A stretch of 64,000 nucleotides of DNA from Eledone cirrhosa (GCA_964016885.1 OZ024742.1:248434001-248498000), one strand, 5' to 3'. Shown: positions 27,603-43,472, numbered from the stretch's first letter. Notes: a model not told the origin generated them from the sequence alone. Made by a program: numbers and translations.

Positions 27603-30089
27603 ACATCCATATATATTTATATATATATACATGTACATATAAATATATATACGTATGCGTATATATATATATATACCCAAACCAGAAAACCTCATATTAG
27701 ACGGCTTTAGACTGAGATACATATGTGTCATAAATAATATAAAGAGTAACGGTAGCGCCCAGTTCACTTTATAAACGCCTAATCGATAATGCAGCTGATT
27801 GTAAATAAAACAAATACAAAACGCCGGGTATTTATTTCAGCATAATATTCCTTAAATTATAAAGGCATGTGGTTTAGTGTTTGGGGTTGTACAAACCATA
27901 GTCGTATTATTTTGATTCCCATTCTCGCCGGCGCATTATTTTAACTAGCCGAAAAACCACCCTTCGGGTGTTGTTTTCTTCTAGCATGTGTGGTGTGTAT
28001 ATTGATATTGTACGCAAGTATATATACATGTAAATATGATACATCAAATAAAATCTTAATTGACAATATAAACAGAAATTGAACGAAGACATTGTAACAC
28101 TGTCTTATGTAATCAGTAACGTAATCCATGATACATTAAAGAAAAGACGATATTATATATAAACTGCATTAGGAGAAAATTGTGACAGAAAATTAGTATG
28201 TTTATTTAAGTGATCGCCACCGGAAGTGTTAACATCACACACTCTCTCTCTTTCTATATATATGGTAGTTGAAGAGGTGGTGTTGTTGGCAACGATATAC
28301 CGGAATTGCAACTTTGAAAAGATTTCAATTTTAAATTATTTATTTTTACGACATTATTTTTGTTTACGAAATTTAGTAGATAAATTATGTAATATTCATT
28401 CATTATTTATTCAAAGTAATCCAACTTATTTTACTAACGGGATAAAAAAATAAACCGTACGCAGTCCCGCAGACCTTCCTTTATTATAGTTTAGATTCCA
28501 CGTTGCTCCAATCCTGTTAAGTTGAAAAAGTATATGCTACGCGTCTAAATAGAAAGGTTAGCTTTATCATTCATTGTTTACAATATAAGAGTCTGCGGTA
28601 AGTTCAGGAACTTCATGTTAATTCCACAATCTGTTCCGTTCATCTAATAACTGGATCACTGATGTTCAGAACCAACGGAATTTCAACACAACATCCTCTA
28701 TCATATCGCTTTACTTATCAGCTTCACACGAGTTCCATCATACTAACATATCTTCTCTTGTATCCGTTCTTAATTTAGGTTTCCCTAAATAAGCACTTCC
28801 ATTGTGCCTCACGTAGATAATTTAATATTTATCAGTGCGCCAAATTGAATTGGCTACTCCTTATTGTCATATCCGTCTTCCATTTCAACGTAAATATCAA
28901 TTAACAAATTGTTTGATTAGAATATATCATATTTGGAAATTGGTGACATGATTTAAATGTAATAAATAATTGCAGTGCTTTTGAAGTCAGTTTTGATTGG
29001 CGGTGAGCTATATATTAAATCGCAAGCATTCTTCATTATTACATTTACATACCAATTGGATTCCAGCTAACTTTTTATAGCATAAAGTCACAACATGTGA
29101 TGTGTGCTACAGGAGATAAGAGCACAAGAACAATCTATCGCCGCATCACGAAGAACACGATGGTTCCGAATATCTAATAAGTTGACCAGCATGTATATGA
29201 CACACGAATGTCTGGCCACAAAACCATAGGTTGACAAAACGAAGGCGTAATGAGAAGAGTAAAAATGCTGAGTAACAACTCCATATCATTGTAACATACA
29301 ACGTAGTGTACGACGATTTCGTTCACGACACAAGAATACCAACTTACCCACCACACTATCGTCTGTGTATAACGAAAATGCCTGGCCACACAAAACCAGA
29401 AGCTGACCTAGGAAATATGGATTGATGAAGCAAAGAGGACCACGACGTCACATTACAACAGATAGATCAAGCATTCAAACTTTTGGTGTTACATTTCTGT
29501 CATATCTTCAAAAGTAGAAGCGGATAGAATGTTCATCATTGGTTCATTTAATACATAATCTTGTAATTATATAATTAATTAATTGTATTAAGAAAGAGTA
29601 AAGGGAGATGGAATATCTTTTGTAGCAGGTGTCACAGTCTGCTCATTGCAACAATAAATATACCATCTTGTCTGCGGTGCCCAAGTGAGATAAACCATCC
29701 AGTAGAAAATCTGGAGTTATCACACTTCATTTCTTTCTCGCTTTCAACATTTTGTTCCACTTTGTTTTGTCATTAGAATACTATAAACGCATTTGGAGGT
29801 TAAATGGGATATCTGAAATACAGGTTTTATATATTAAGTATATAAAATAACTGAGTTATTCTATGTAAGAATCTTAAGATTGACTTATGCATCGTAAATA
29901 ACGTTAATTATAGCATATATTCTTAGGTCACCTAAGGATATGAATGTCCATGTGTTTCTATCTAGAAAGTTCCCATCTCAGACACAAGGGCGGGCAAGGT
30001 GTGTCGTGGAAGAACAGCAGTCAACATCTATGCTAATCCCTCTTCTCCATGCCATCGCTATTATCCTAGAAAATTACAAATTCTTAGCA

Positions 30090-30243
30090 CCAGTGACGTC
30101 ACAACTCATTTTTTACGGCTGAGTGAAAGGGGACAACGTGAAATAAATTATCTTGCTCAAAACACAACGTACTGCCCGGTCCTGGAATCGAACTTACTAA
30201 CTCATGATTGTAGGTCCAGCACTGTAATTCCTAAGCCACACAT
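30090..30243 (-). mobile_element. Second tRNA-derived SINE family
   Basis: Minus strand tgtggcttagg..agttcgattccagg..ttgagcaagataatttatttcacgttg. Confidence 0.65.
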
Positions 30244-30405
30244 CTTCACTGTCTATATCAGTTAATTACATGTTGGTTAATCTATTTGAGTGTATGATTT
30301 CGACAAAACGTATCTCTACTGAGACGGACAGACCAAACATTTCTACTGTAGTTATTAAATATTAGAAGTTCATTAATTTTTTATGTGTATGTTTGTTTTT
30401 TTCAG

Positions 30406-30718
30406 GCATTTGGAGTGATTGCCAGTTCCCAGATTACCTCCAAAGTCCGTCCTACGATGCAAAACTGAAACCGTGGGGTACAAGAATGTGGTGGCTAAAC
30501 GGGCGAGGGCAGCCTCCCAAATGGGTAGAGAGGCAAGAGGTTTATGTGAGTGGAGGAGTAATATGGCGTTACAAAGAATTCCCTACCAAGAAATGTGAAG
30601 GTTTAATAAAACACAGGCTTTGGGAATGTCCTGACAGCAGAGAGATGCTTTACAATCGGACATGTTTAATGAAGGAAAGATCTAATACATACCGAGTTAT
30701 TGAACATTATCCAGTAAG
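30406..30718 (+). CDS. Probable internal exon of an unidentified host gene (Cys/Trp-rich, possibly extracellular domain); alternative donor at 30713
   Basis: Acceptor tttgtttttttcAG|GC. Open, non-repetitive frame GIWSDCQFPDYLQSPSYDAKLKPWGTRMWW...YNRTCLMKERSNTYRVIEHYPV. Donors CCA|gtaagg or AAG|gtaaat lie just before the in-frame stop. No TE motif recognised. Confidence 0.7.
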
Positions 30719-31149
30719 GTAAATATAATTTCACACGTAATATTACTAATTATTCTACTACTATTATTTATTTATTTATTTATTTATTTATTGATGTTAT
30801 TATTATCATTGTTGTTGTTACTATAGTTAAAGATAATAATAATGATCTCAATTACTTGCGCCAAGCTGCCAAATAAAATAGTATTTATTTATCGATATCA
30901 TTGATCATCATAGTCCTAACCATCCTTCCTATCCTGCTCTCCTGCTCTCCATCCACCTCCCTCTTACCGTCTCCCATTCCCCCTCCTCCTAATAATCATC
31001 AACACCATCGTCATCACCACAACCGGCACATCGTCTTGATAATAAATTACAATCCACAAATTATAAATACAATACATATATATATATACAACGTGTTTAT
31101 AGATTATCATTACAATTTGAAAATTTGAACAATAATAAAAAATTGTTGA

Positions 31150-32050
31150 TAGATCTACAGGGTTTAGTAGAAAGTATAGGTAAGCGAGTAAAGGTGTATT
31201 CAAAACATTAAAATCCTTCCATTTAGGATCCATTAAATATGAGACACATTTAGACGATGCTCAATTTCTGACCATGTTCGTTGGATCATACCCCCATCAA
31301 TTGTGGGTATGGCTTGGAATATTCTTCCAACGATATCTCTGAGGTGTTGAGGTTTCATATGGTAGAATATATCTTTAATCTAACCCCATAAGAAAAAGTC
31401 TAGAGGGGTTTAATCTGTGGATCTAGGTGACCAAGGAACTGAACCACCTCTTCCATTCCACTGCATTGGAAATATTTCATTGTGAATCTCACGAACAGAC
31501 GAACACAACTGAGTGGCATACACAAATGCTGGGAAGTAATTGTTGTTTGCAAGTGATGCAACTGCGGCGCAACAACGTTTTGTAAAGTTTCAACTCAAGC
31601 TTTGGAAGTAACAGTTTCGTCTGCAAAGAAAAATTGGCTAATTACTCGATCAATCATCAATCCTCACAAAACATTGAATGTTGGGCTGTTTATTTCAAGG
31701 TCTCATTTTTCAGGTAAGGTTTCACAGCGCAGGTCCTGATGTGCTTATTCTTCATACATGAATCATGACTTTCGAAGGAAGTCTTCATATTTATCTTAGC
31801 GAGCTAACATGTCCAAAGCAGACAGTTACCTTCCGGTTTTCTCAATTGGCCGAATATCTTAATTAAAGACTCAAGTTGTTGTGCAAATCTTTCTGAACTG
31901 TTGACCGTGGTAAACCTAAATTGTAGCACTAATGGACACAGAAATATTAATATGAAATGCTGCAAAAGTTCGCTTAAGGTATTCAAAAAATGTTTTCTGT
32001 ATGTGGCTTCCGTTACCAGAAATTTCGTATGCCAGTCATGAATTCTAACA
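31150..32050 (-). mobile_element. Tc1/mariner transposase pseudogene
   Basis: WSPRSTD*TPLDFFLWG*IKD (WPPRSPDLxPLDFFLWG motif) at ~31370-31435; LGLPRSTVQK HTH-like segment at ~31890-31920. Confidence 0.75.
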
Positions 32051-32350
32051 CAACTTGGTGGGATTCTTATTATATATTATACGGAACGTTTGATTTCGTC
32101 ACTGTTATTAACAATCATTAGTTGCCATATCTATTAGCAATCAGGGACCAGTAACAAGTAAATTTAGACTTTAATTGAAAAGACAAACGAAAATGAATTA
32201 AATATTAATATAAAATACGTAAAATAAATTTTTTATAAAAATGATTAAGTGGCAAAGAAGTGTATTGAGGGATTTATATCTAAAAGAGATAAAGAAATGA
32301 GAAGTTGTAAAGATACTTTATGGACACGCTGTAAACACACACACTCACAC

Positions 32351-32456
<106 letters not shown>

Positions 32457-32625
32457 ATATATAGAGAGATTTGAAAAAAAGGAAAAGAATGACTTTACTT
32501 GTAGTGTTAAATAACTTGATTTAATTTTATATTACTATATTATGAGTTGGTAGTTCTAGTAAGTTCTTTGTTAACTTTGTTGGAGAACTTTCTCGCATTC
32601 GTCTGTGGCGATTGTCAATATGTAG

Positions 32626-32747
32626 ATAGCCGTCGAAACGGCTTGAGCTCGACCGTCGGGGTCATACTTTCTCCTATTACCCACTCTACTACCCTAAGTA
32701 TACTCGGGTGCGTTATGGTCCATCTGGTTCCTTACCACAACTCCTTC

Positions 32748-32751
<4 letters not shown>
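32626..32751 (+). mobile_element. Family A partial copy
   Basis: tagccgtcgaaacggcttgagctc..cttaccacaactccttcatta. Confidence 0.8.
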
Positions 32752-32804
<53 letters not shown>

Positions 32805-33072
32805 GTATATACAATTACGGACATATACTCACACATACACACAGACATACACACATATCTATATATATATAAACACATAGTATACGTTTATATATTCTTT
32901 CCATATTCAACCCTATATAACAAAAGGAATAGGAATAGTATATATATATATATGTGTGTGTGGGTGTAGTATGTGTGTGCATGTGTGTGTACATACATAC
33001 ATACATACATACATACATACATACATACATACATACATACATACATACATACATACATACATACATACATAC

Positions 33073-33670
33073 ATGTTCCAATAAAAACCCCAATAAAATG
33101 CAGGCATAACAGACCAGATATTATGATATGGGACAGGGCGAAGAAAACACGCACAGTAGTGGAAATTAGCTGGCCAGCAGATGCCAATATAATATCAAAG
33201 ATTAGCGAAAAGGAGAATATTTATGCAGAACTGATGAGAAATCTGCAAATACTCCACCCTGATTAAACCTTCAGATTTATGCTTGTGATTATTGGGGCAC
33301 CTGGGTATGTTTGTAACTGCCTCAATACAAATATTTAGAAGCTAGGCTTCACAGGAACAGAAAAAACACAACTTGTTTGGAAACTACAAGTACAATCCAT
33401 TAATGGAACAGTAAAAATATGTAAAACATTCCAAAAATGTTGCATCTAATAACTGCATATACACATGTACATATACGAAGCATATACACATGCACACATA
33501 CAACTCGAAACATTCACATCCACACATACAATAACATCCATATCTACACATGCATGCATACATATCTACCTAGTTGATGTTGTGTAAATTCCAATGAGAG
33601 AGTCTTGTGTCTATGTTAGAAACCGACTCTCTCTCTATTGGTAAAACTTTGTGAAATTATAAAACCAGAA
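33073..33670 (+). mobile_element. R4-like RLE retrotransposon 3' fragment in (TACA)n
   Basis: HNRPDIMIWDR..VVEISWPAD..EKENIYAEL..VIIGA; contains stops; ends aaaccagaag. Confidence 0.8.
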
Positions 33671-33727
33671 GAACATACATAGATACATACGTGTATAATA
33701 AATCTACATGAATAAGCGTATATATCA

Positions 33728-33912
33728 TAATCGTTTCTAGTGTTGGCACAAGATCATCAATTACTCCAGTGCATTATTGGTACCTTATTTTATCGACCCC
33801 ATAACGATGAAAGGCAAAGATAACCTCGGCGGGAGTTGAACTCAGAACGTAAAGGGCCATAACTCTTTGCTGCAAAGCATGGTATCTAACGTTCTACCGA
33901 TACTGCGAATCC
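33728..33912 (-). mobile_element. tRNA-derived SINE, same family (3' fragments also at ~1770-1835 and ~56730-56790)
   Basis: ttttatcgacccc..gatgaaaggcaaag..cctcggcgggagttgaactcag. Confidence 0.8.
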
Positions 33913-34022
33913 TAGCAGAAACACCATACGTTGTGCTAACATCTACTATATATGTGAGTGTGTATGTCCCAATGGGATCTTTTAGATTGTTGGTGTGTGT
34001 GATTCTTTCTGTTCACGCTTCA

Positions 34023-34118
<96 letters not shown>

Positions 34119-34124
34119 TATATG

Positions 34125-34440
34125 GATGGGAAAGACATCTCTGGAGGAGAAGGTCACTCTTATATAAAACCTGCGACATTATTGGCCTCCAATGATGTCG
34201 GCCAGTTCTTCTTTCGGGAAAAATGTATTAGATGTTCAGAGAGTGTGATTGGCCCCTTGCAAAGCCTTTCATCACTTAAAAAAGCTTCAATCACAGGCAT
34301 CGTTAGATATATAACAATATTTAACATGCATTGCTGACCATACGCAACTCCCTAGCAGGTCTAAAAAGCCACGTCCGAGATTCTTATGCTTAAGTATCAA
34401 TCGATGACATTACTCGAAATCGAGTGGCATCCATCATAAT
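34125..34440 (+). mobile_element. Possible RTE C-terminal remnant
   Basis: AGLKSHVR-like terminal motif; heavily decayed. Confidence 0.35.
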
Positions 34441-35508
34441 GTATGTTTGTATGTATCAATGCATGTATGGATGTATATATGGATGTATGTATGGATGTAT
34501 CTTTGTATGTATGTATGAATGTCTGTATGTATGAATGTGTGTATGTATATATGTATGTATGCATGTATGCATGTATGTATGTATGGATAGATGGATGGAG
34601 GAATGGCTGGATGAATGTATGTATGTGTGTTTGAATGTATGTATGTATGGATGGATGGATGGATGGATGAGTGGGTGGATGGATAAATGTATGAGTACAT
34701 ATATGTATGTATAGATGGATTGATAAATGTATATATGTATATATGTATGTATGCATGAATGTATGTATATATATATATATATGTATGTATGTATTTATGT
34801 ATGTATGTAAGAATGGATGTTTGACAAAATGAGTTGATCGATGAAGTTCATATTTTTAGATGGTGTCAGGTTGCACACATCACCATTTATCCTCTACCAA
34901 CACGGTCATCTAACTATTTGTAAAATGTTAATGCCATACCATGTTGTAGTGTTCAACCAGTTAATTGCAAGTGGCTTCATTAAAATTTAATTACAAGTCA
35001 CGTTAATTGGAATATTATGAAATGTTTAAAACGGCGTTAATGGACAAACAATTGACAAACAAACTGAATTTGCCCAAGGAAAACTTACTTTTCACTTCAT
35101 CTATTCTCTTCACCTTGTCCCTTTCTTTATGCTTCTCTCCTCTTTTTTCATTTAATTATCATTCTTCTTTCTCCTAGTTTACTTTTTCTTCATTTCTATT
35201 CTAACTGTCTCTCATTTCACCTCACTTTCTTATCTCTCTGTCTCTTTTCTCCCTCGCCGTTCCTTCTTCTCATTTCGTCATCTCTTTTCTCGTCCTCTCT
35301 TCTCCCATTGTCTTTCCTTTCTTTTTCGTATATTTTCATCTCTTTTTAGACGACTATTCCTCCTCTACCATCACTTCTCCTCACCTTCTTTTCACATGTA
35401 TCTCCACCCCCCCCCCCTCAGAATCCCCCTAACACTTCGAATCGCTCCGTCTTCAATTATGTTTCTCTACCTACCTTTCCCTGTCAATTTCTTTCTTTCA
35501 CTCTTTCC

Positions 35509-35553
<45 letters not shown>

Positions 35554-35579
35554 TTTTACTTTCTTTCCTTCTTTCTTTC

Positions 35580-35628
<49 letters not shown>

Positions 35629-35820
35629 ATACGCACCCCTCCCTAACAATATATAACAACATCTGACAAATTCTGCTTCCATTTATTCTCCAGTATCTCT
35701 TCGTCACATTCCCACCACTTTCGACACATTAGCCAACGATCTAAACCGCTCACTCTTACTTGACTGCATTTCCCACTCCTACAGACGCATATAAACATTC
35801 ATATACACACACATACACAT

Positions 35821-35890
<70 letters not shown>

Positions 35891-36158
35891 ACACACATAC
35901 ATGCACATGCACGCACACACGCACACACACAAAGACAAATACTCGCTTTCTCTCTCGCTCTCTGTCTCTGTCTGTCTCTCTCTCTCTCACTATATATATA
36001 CATATATATATTTATCCCTCTCAAAGTGTGTTATAGATACATCTCGATAAAATGAACAACAACTATACCTCCCCTTTTTAACACATTGACACATATTTCT
36101 CGGGGACTAGCGTATTTAATAATCTAAACCCTAGGACATAACTGGTATTATTTTAGTC

Positions 36159-36352
36159 GGCAGCGGTGGATTGGCAGTGTCGGTAGAGGGTCGGACGCCA
36201 TGCTTTGACGTATAGAGTTACGGCCCTTGCCATTCTGAGTTCAAATCCCGCCGAGGTTAACTTTGCTTTCATCCTTACGGGGTCGATAAGATAAAGTACC
36301 AGTAATGTACTGGTTTAATTACTAGCCTTGTGCCAAAAGTAGAAACAATTAT
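36159..36352 (+). mobile_element. tRNA-derived SINE, same family
   Basis: gagttcaaatcccgccgagg..tcatccttacggggtcgataagataaagtaccag. Confidence 0.85.
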
Positions 36353-37442
36353 TTTACTCAGCAGCAATTTCGCAATTTATTTCGTCCTTCATTTTAAAGA
36401 AGAACGAGTAGCCCAGTCAGAGGACATAGAAGATTACTGGAAATACAAATATAATTTGAATAATTTAGTTTTAATAACTCCGAATAAGAAAGAGTAACAA
36501 GCAAATCGCAATGTTATATAGCTTGAAGTTTGGCTTTAAATCTCATTTCATACCAAAAAAGCATCAATCATGCATTTTTGTAAAGGCGTCCAATGTTATC
36601 CAGTCAATGATATTGCGTTATTTTATTTTATTTTATTTTTTTGTAGTACCCATTGTTCATAAGTTTATGTAAAGTCGGATGGTCATAGAGAGAACGTTAT
36701 AATGTTTGGCACCAACACAAATCTCAGGTGTATGGGTGAGATTTAAATAATATTTTGACATGACAAAATTAACAGCCAAACATCTCTGTTTAAAAGATAG
36801 GGAAAGACACTTCAGAAATTCTGGCAATATAACTGTTTAAAATCGAAATATTGGATGGTCATAGCTCGAATGTCATTGAACAAAGGTTTCCTGGAAATGA
36901 GCTGATTTGTCATCGAAAATCAGCAATAACGGTATAGTCTGCATGGTAGTACGTGTTACTAGAAATAGCAGATAAGACTCTCTCTTTCTCTCGCTCTCTC
37001 AAATCGCACAGAGAGCCAAGGAACACCCGCACATACATACACAATAAAATAGTCCCGTTGACACAAGCCAACGACTTTGAGAGGGATTATACTCCACTTA
37101 TATGTTTATATTCTACTAAATATATGAGCGCAATGCTCACTATATTATGTAATGTATAGGCAATTCATGTATAAACTATAAGCAAAATATTTCTGGGAAT
37201 ATTTCAAGTTGTAGAATGGTCAGGGAGCACATTCAATTAAATGGTCTGTAGTAGCACCGCCGCATATTCGGGGGCAAACAAATTTCATTGTCACATATGA
37301 GTTAGCAGCACTATATTAGGTATGGGAGCAGTAGTTAAATAGTCACGATTACACTAGAAGTGTTGTCCTAGACGTGAGAGGATTAATCAAGAGCATTTAT
37401 ATATATATATGACAGGTAACAATGTTTTGAAACAGCGTGTGA

Positions 37443-37658
37443 GTTTGAAATTAGAAATAGGACCTTTCACCGTATTTTTTACTAAAGAAATTTTAGCCTT
37501 GTATTGGTGTTTAGAACCCTCAAAGAAATCGAAAAAAGATGAATATCGACGTGAATACTCATCTTTTTTACATTTCTTAGAAGGTTCTCAACACCAATAT
37601 CAGGCTAACATTTCTGTAGTAAAACACATGGCGAAAGTTTCTATTTCTAACTTATAAA
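37443..37658. repeat. Imperfect palindrome (~100-bp arms) abutting (TA)n
   Basis: ttagccttgtattggtgtttagaacc / ggttctcaacaccaatatcaggctaa. Confidence 0.75.
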
Positions 37659-37709
<51 letters not shown>

Positions 37710-37769
37710 CTGCCAATACTAGAATTGAATATATATATATATATATATAACTATATATATATATATATA

Positions 37770-37922
37770 ACTGCCAATACTGGAATTGAATAACCAAAAC
37801 CGTAGCGGTATGTCACATATCAAATCATATATATTCTCTGATGAAAACGTACTTAAACACCATTGTACCTTTGAAATATGTATAAAATATATATTTTGAT
37901 TATGAGAATATTTTTCATTTGA
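37770..37922 (+). mobile_element. Diverged single-arm copy of the 9886-10290 element with a degenerate HHR
   Basis: Aligns with ~10040-10200; ctgatga at 37838, gaaa at 37873. Confidence 0.7.
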
Positions 37923-37925
37923 ATA

Positions 37926-37969
<44 letters not shown>

Positions 37970-39131
37970 ACGTATGGTTCTATGTATGTGTACACACACA
38001 CAAATATATATATATAGAGAGAGAGAAAGAGAGGGGTAGGGGAGAGAAAGCGGGAGAGAGTGAGAAAAATAGAGAGATTTGTCGCATTCTAAACAATGCC
38101 ATATCTTACAATAATCCGATCATACACATTTACCAATGAAGATACAACATAGTATTATCGTCCAAGATTCTGCCAACGATGCTACCAATATGATGCAATG
38201 CGTCATTGGTGTAATAATAAGAAACAAATTCCGGATTGAATGAAACATATCTTCATATTTCTATAAATAATAGCTGCAATAATGTCGTGAATATGAATAA
38301 AACTCAAATATATTGTGGAACAGCGAAACGATATATGGATGCAATGGAAAATAACTTCATACGTTGTACATTCATATATATATACACACACACACTAACA
38401 CACACACACACATATACACACACGCACACACACACACATACACCCACACGTCCACACACCCACACACCCACTCACCCACACATACACACTCGCATACACC
38501 CACACTCACACACATATATATTATATATATATATACATGTATACATACATGCATGTATACACAAACGCACGCGCATACATTTATGTATATATATATATAT
38601 ATATACATACATATAAATATATATATATATATACATATAAGTATATATATATATGAATATATGTATATATATATACACATATATATATATATAAATACGG
38701 AGTAACAAATAATAGTTATATGCAGTCCACTTAGGTGTAGTCCAGTTGTAGTATTCCGGGTAGAGATTAAAAATGAGATTAAAAACCTTTTTTGTATAGC
38801 AAACCATGTCAATCTTCTTTCCTGATTTATATATATATATATATATAAATCAGGATATAGGTCGCAGAATGTGGTCACGTTTAGAGGAAGCCGTGCATGC
38901 TTGATTCTTATTGTATCTAGGGTAACGAATATTCTCACTAATCATTCACCATTTACCATTTCGCTACTGTGTATTGTTTGATATATATTCCTTGCTTCCA
39001 TTCCATGTCTGTTTTTAATTCACAGGAGTCATCGTACCACTGCTAAAGGTCATCATATGTATCTCAATGACAAAATATTTTGGTCGTATGAATACAGTTG
39101 ATATATATTTGTATATATATAAACGCATATG

Positions 39132-39206
<75 letters not shown>

Positions 39207-39248
39207 GTGCGTGGGTGTATTTACATATATATACATATATATGTGTGG

Positions 39249-39286
<38 letters not shown>

Positions 39287-39333
39287 GTGCGTGGGTGTAT
39301 TTACATATATATACATATATATGTGTGGGTGTG

Positions 39334-39373
<40 letters not shown>

Positions 39374-39495
39374 CGCGCAGGGGTGAGTACAAACGGACGA
39401 AAAGTACAATCAACTCATATTAAGGAATTTCAGTGCATTTCTATTATACATATGAATATATGTACGTACATATATACATATATATATGTATATAG

Positions 39496-39579
<84 letters not shown>

Positions 39580-39593
39580 CTATATATATATAT

Positions 39594-39628
<35 letters not shown>

Positions 39629-39670
39629 TATTTACACATATATATATATATTCACATATATATACATACA

Positions 39671-39754
<84 letters not shown>

Positions 39755-40224
39755 GATTTGTTTTATCATGTTGTACAATATTGTTTTTCCAGAAGCCTAT
39801 CACCAAATGCGTAAGTATCGTTATTTCCGGAATGTATATATATATATCTATATATTATATATCAGAAAGAAGAATTATGTAGCAAATTATTTATATTTAT
39901 TTCAACATTTATTTAAAATGGTTATTCATTATATATTTATTTCTTAAATTATTTTTTTGCGTTATAATGTTTATATGTATGTTATATGTTGAATTAGAAT
40001 GGATTTTGCCGAAGCATGTGATGAATTGGTAATGACAATATGTAATTTTTTTATATGTATATATAACACCATATATTAATAATATTAAGTATTAATTATT
40101 AAATACAATATTAATTCTTCAAAAGTACATTTGCTTTAGGGTGCCCGTGCAGCACAAAAATTATGCTCTCCAGCTATAGCGAGTTTTTCTTACTACTAAT
40201 ATATAAATATTTTTATATATATAC

Positions 40225-40400
40225 CCGTGTGTGAGTTAATGTGGACAAAAGTAATCAGAAGACAAAACACCAAAGGATACACTACAAGGAATACATATAT
40301 TAGTTAATGCTTGATATAGTAGTAAAAGCGTTTTAACGTTTCGTACGCTACTCCTTCATCAAAAGATACAATGCGAAATAAAAAAAATGAATTGAAAGAT
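40225..40400 (-). mobile_element. pLTR-like repeat with decayed HHR
   Basis: Minus strand tTGATGAaggagtagcgtacGAAAcgtTA at 40334-40362; stem II poorly paired. Confidence 0.4.
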
Positions 40401-40764
40401 ACAGGAGATTGCGATGAAATAGCAACGGGGGAAAATGTTTGAGAAAAAGAAACGTATGTTTTCAGTAGGTACTTTTAGTGATTGTGTTTTTGAATGTATT
40501 GATGTATGAACGTAGGCGTACTGTATATGTGCGTTGCTTTATATAGTGCAAAAGAATGTTGCTACACAAGCTCTCCTATATATATGGTTTAAATTATTCT
40601 TCTGGCATGAAGACAAAATATCTAATTATAAAATGATAGGTGGATTCACACACACACTCACAAACACACAAACACTCACACAGAAACACATACACAGACT
40701 CACATGCCTAGACACATGCTCCTCATGTATACATATATATATATACATATGCCTATTTATATAT

Positions 40765-40852
<88 letters not shown>

Positions 40853-40896
40853 TATATACATATATGTATATATATATATATATACATATATGTATA

Positions 40897-40970
<74 letters not shown>

Positions 40971-41307
40971 TTGTGTGTGTGTGCGGTATGTATGCATAGG
41001 AATGTACTTCTAATTTAAAATTATTTTCAGAACTAAAATACAACACATCAATTTTGCATAACACTTTTCGAGCTTCAATTATTCAACTAGATTAACACTC
41101 TAACTATGTACAATTATATGTCTTGTTAAATAATTAGTTTTCGGAGACATTTTTAAATAACCACATAATGAAAATACAAACCTAATTGTGAAATAAGTAT
41201 AGCATAAATGTATTTCTTTTTGTTTCTCTATCTATATACATAAATATATATTTAACATGGCTCACTCTCTCTCCATCTATCAATCTATATAACTACCTAC
41301 ACACATG

Positions 41308-41396
<89 letters not shown>

Positions 41397-42083
41397 CTCC
41401 CTCATACATGTATATACACATGAATTTGAAACGTGTGCAACCCAAGCTAAAATAATAACAGTTGATCACGATACATTATATTTGAGACAATTGATTAAAG
41501 TTTCTCTGGTAATGACTGAGATGACCAATACTCCAAAGAGACGCTGCAGGACTTGTCGATCCTTTGACAAGATTTTAAGTCTGTAGACAAAGCAGACGAC
41601 AGATATTTTAGGGTACATTTGAAATTTGAAATGTCAGCAAAAATATGTACATAAATGTGTCCATAAATGTGTACATAAATATGTGGGGATTAACAACCAG
41701 CATCTATTAACGACAGTAGTTAGCGTACCCAACCGGCATCCGACATTGTCTTTGAATTAACGCACCGGCTACTGTCTATACATTTTTGTTAATAGGCATA
41801 CTTTAACCGATGTTCTAAAACTATTATTTACAGGTATCGTCAAATATCATGATCATTTGCGTTAAGACGCACACATTTAACATTTCAAATACTCTTAATG
41901 ACTCCTAAGTCAAGGGCTTTGTTTAAATTCTAGTTAAAAACTTAAAATCTTCTGTAAAGAAGGATTTCTTTAAAGTTCGGCGTCTTAGCATAGAGAACAC
42001 CAGCATAGCCAATCGCGCAAATAATATCTATATTAAGCACATCTTCCGATCATTTGCGTTCTGTTCCCTAACAGCGGCTTTTC

Positions 42084-42127
<44 letters not shown>

Positions 42128-42130
42128 ATG

Positions 42131-42249
42131 AATGAAGTAATTCCGTCGGAAAGGTACGGGAAAAAAGAGTGCTCTATGTAGGTTACAGATAATTATAAGA
42201 AACCAATGGTAAATGAAATAATTATCTTATGTTGTTTATTACATAACTA
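42131..42249 (-). mobile_element. Deleted fold-back copy of the 4625/7850 terminal family
   Basis: Reverse-complement tail followed by arm gaaaccaatggtaaat..cataacta. Confidence 0.75.
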
Positions 42250-42254
42250 TATAT

Positions 42255-42286
<32 letters not shown>

Positions 42287-42450
42287 ATTATATATATATA
42301 TATATGTGTATACGTATAAGGAAACGAAATTGAAAATGCAACTGTAGTCTTTTAAGAATAATATTTTTTTACTTTACCTGTTTCAGAGTACTTACGATTT
42401 TCAAAGTAAAACTGAGATGGAGTGTTTGTGTTTCTGACGCCCCCCCCCCC

Positions 42451-42532
<82 letters not shown>

Positions 42533-42547
42533 TCTCTCTCTCCTCAC

Positions 42548-42698
<151 letters not shown>

Positions 42699-42943
42699 GT
42701 AAGTATGCATGTATACGTACATACATATATGTATACAGACGTACAGTAGCATGCACATATATATATATATATACATATATATATACATATGCATACAGGT
42801 ACACATACATATATGCACGTATCAGTTTAGCGGCGCTTATTATAACGTCGCTTTGTTCGTTTGTAAACAAACTGAACAGCCTGAATTTATGCCATACGGT
42901 GTTAAGGCAACCACGTCACCTTTTTGTTCAACACTGACACAGG

Positions 42944-42988
42944 AACGATGTACTAGTTTCAAGCTTGTTAGCTATCATCAGCACCGTT
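42944..42988 (-). ncRNA. Hammerhead ribozyme motif (inverted copy)
   Basis: Exact reverse complement of 43473-43517. Confidence 0.8.
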
Positions 42989-43472
42989 TACCCATCTGCC
43001 AGATAGTTGAACGTTCGAAAGTATATACTTTCCTTATGAAAATTAACGGCTGAGCAGCCTAATAAAAGGTGACGTGGTTGCCTTAACACCGTATGGCATA
43101 AATTCAGGCTGTTCAGTTTGTTTACAAACGAACAAAGCGACGTTATAATAAGCGCCGCTAAACTGATACGTGCATATATGTATGTGTACCTGTATGCATA
43201 TGTATATATATATGTATATATATATATATATGTGCATGCTACTGTACGTCTGTATACATATATGTATGTACGTATACATGCATACTTACATTTAAGTAAG
43301 TGCCATACTAAGAGTGAGAAATGAAATTTCGTTTTCATTTTGTTTCAATTTATCGTTTTCGGTATGCCTGACCGATTTAACTCACTCAATATGCAAATTA
43401 GGCTGCTCAGCCGTTAATTTTTCATAAGGAAAGTATATACTTTCGAACGTTCAACTATCTGGCAGATGGGTA

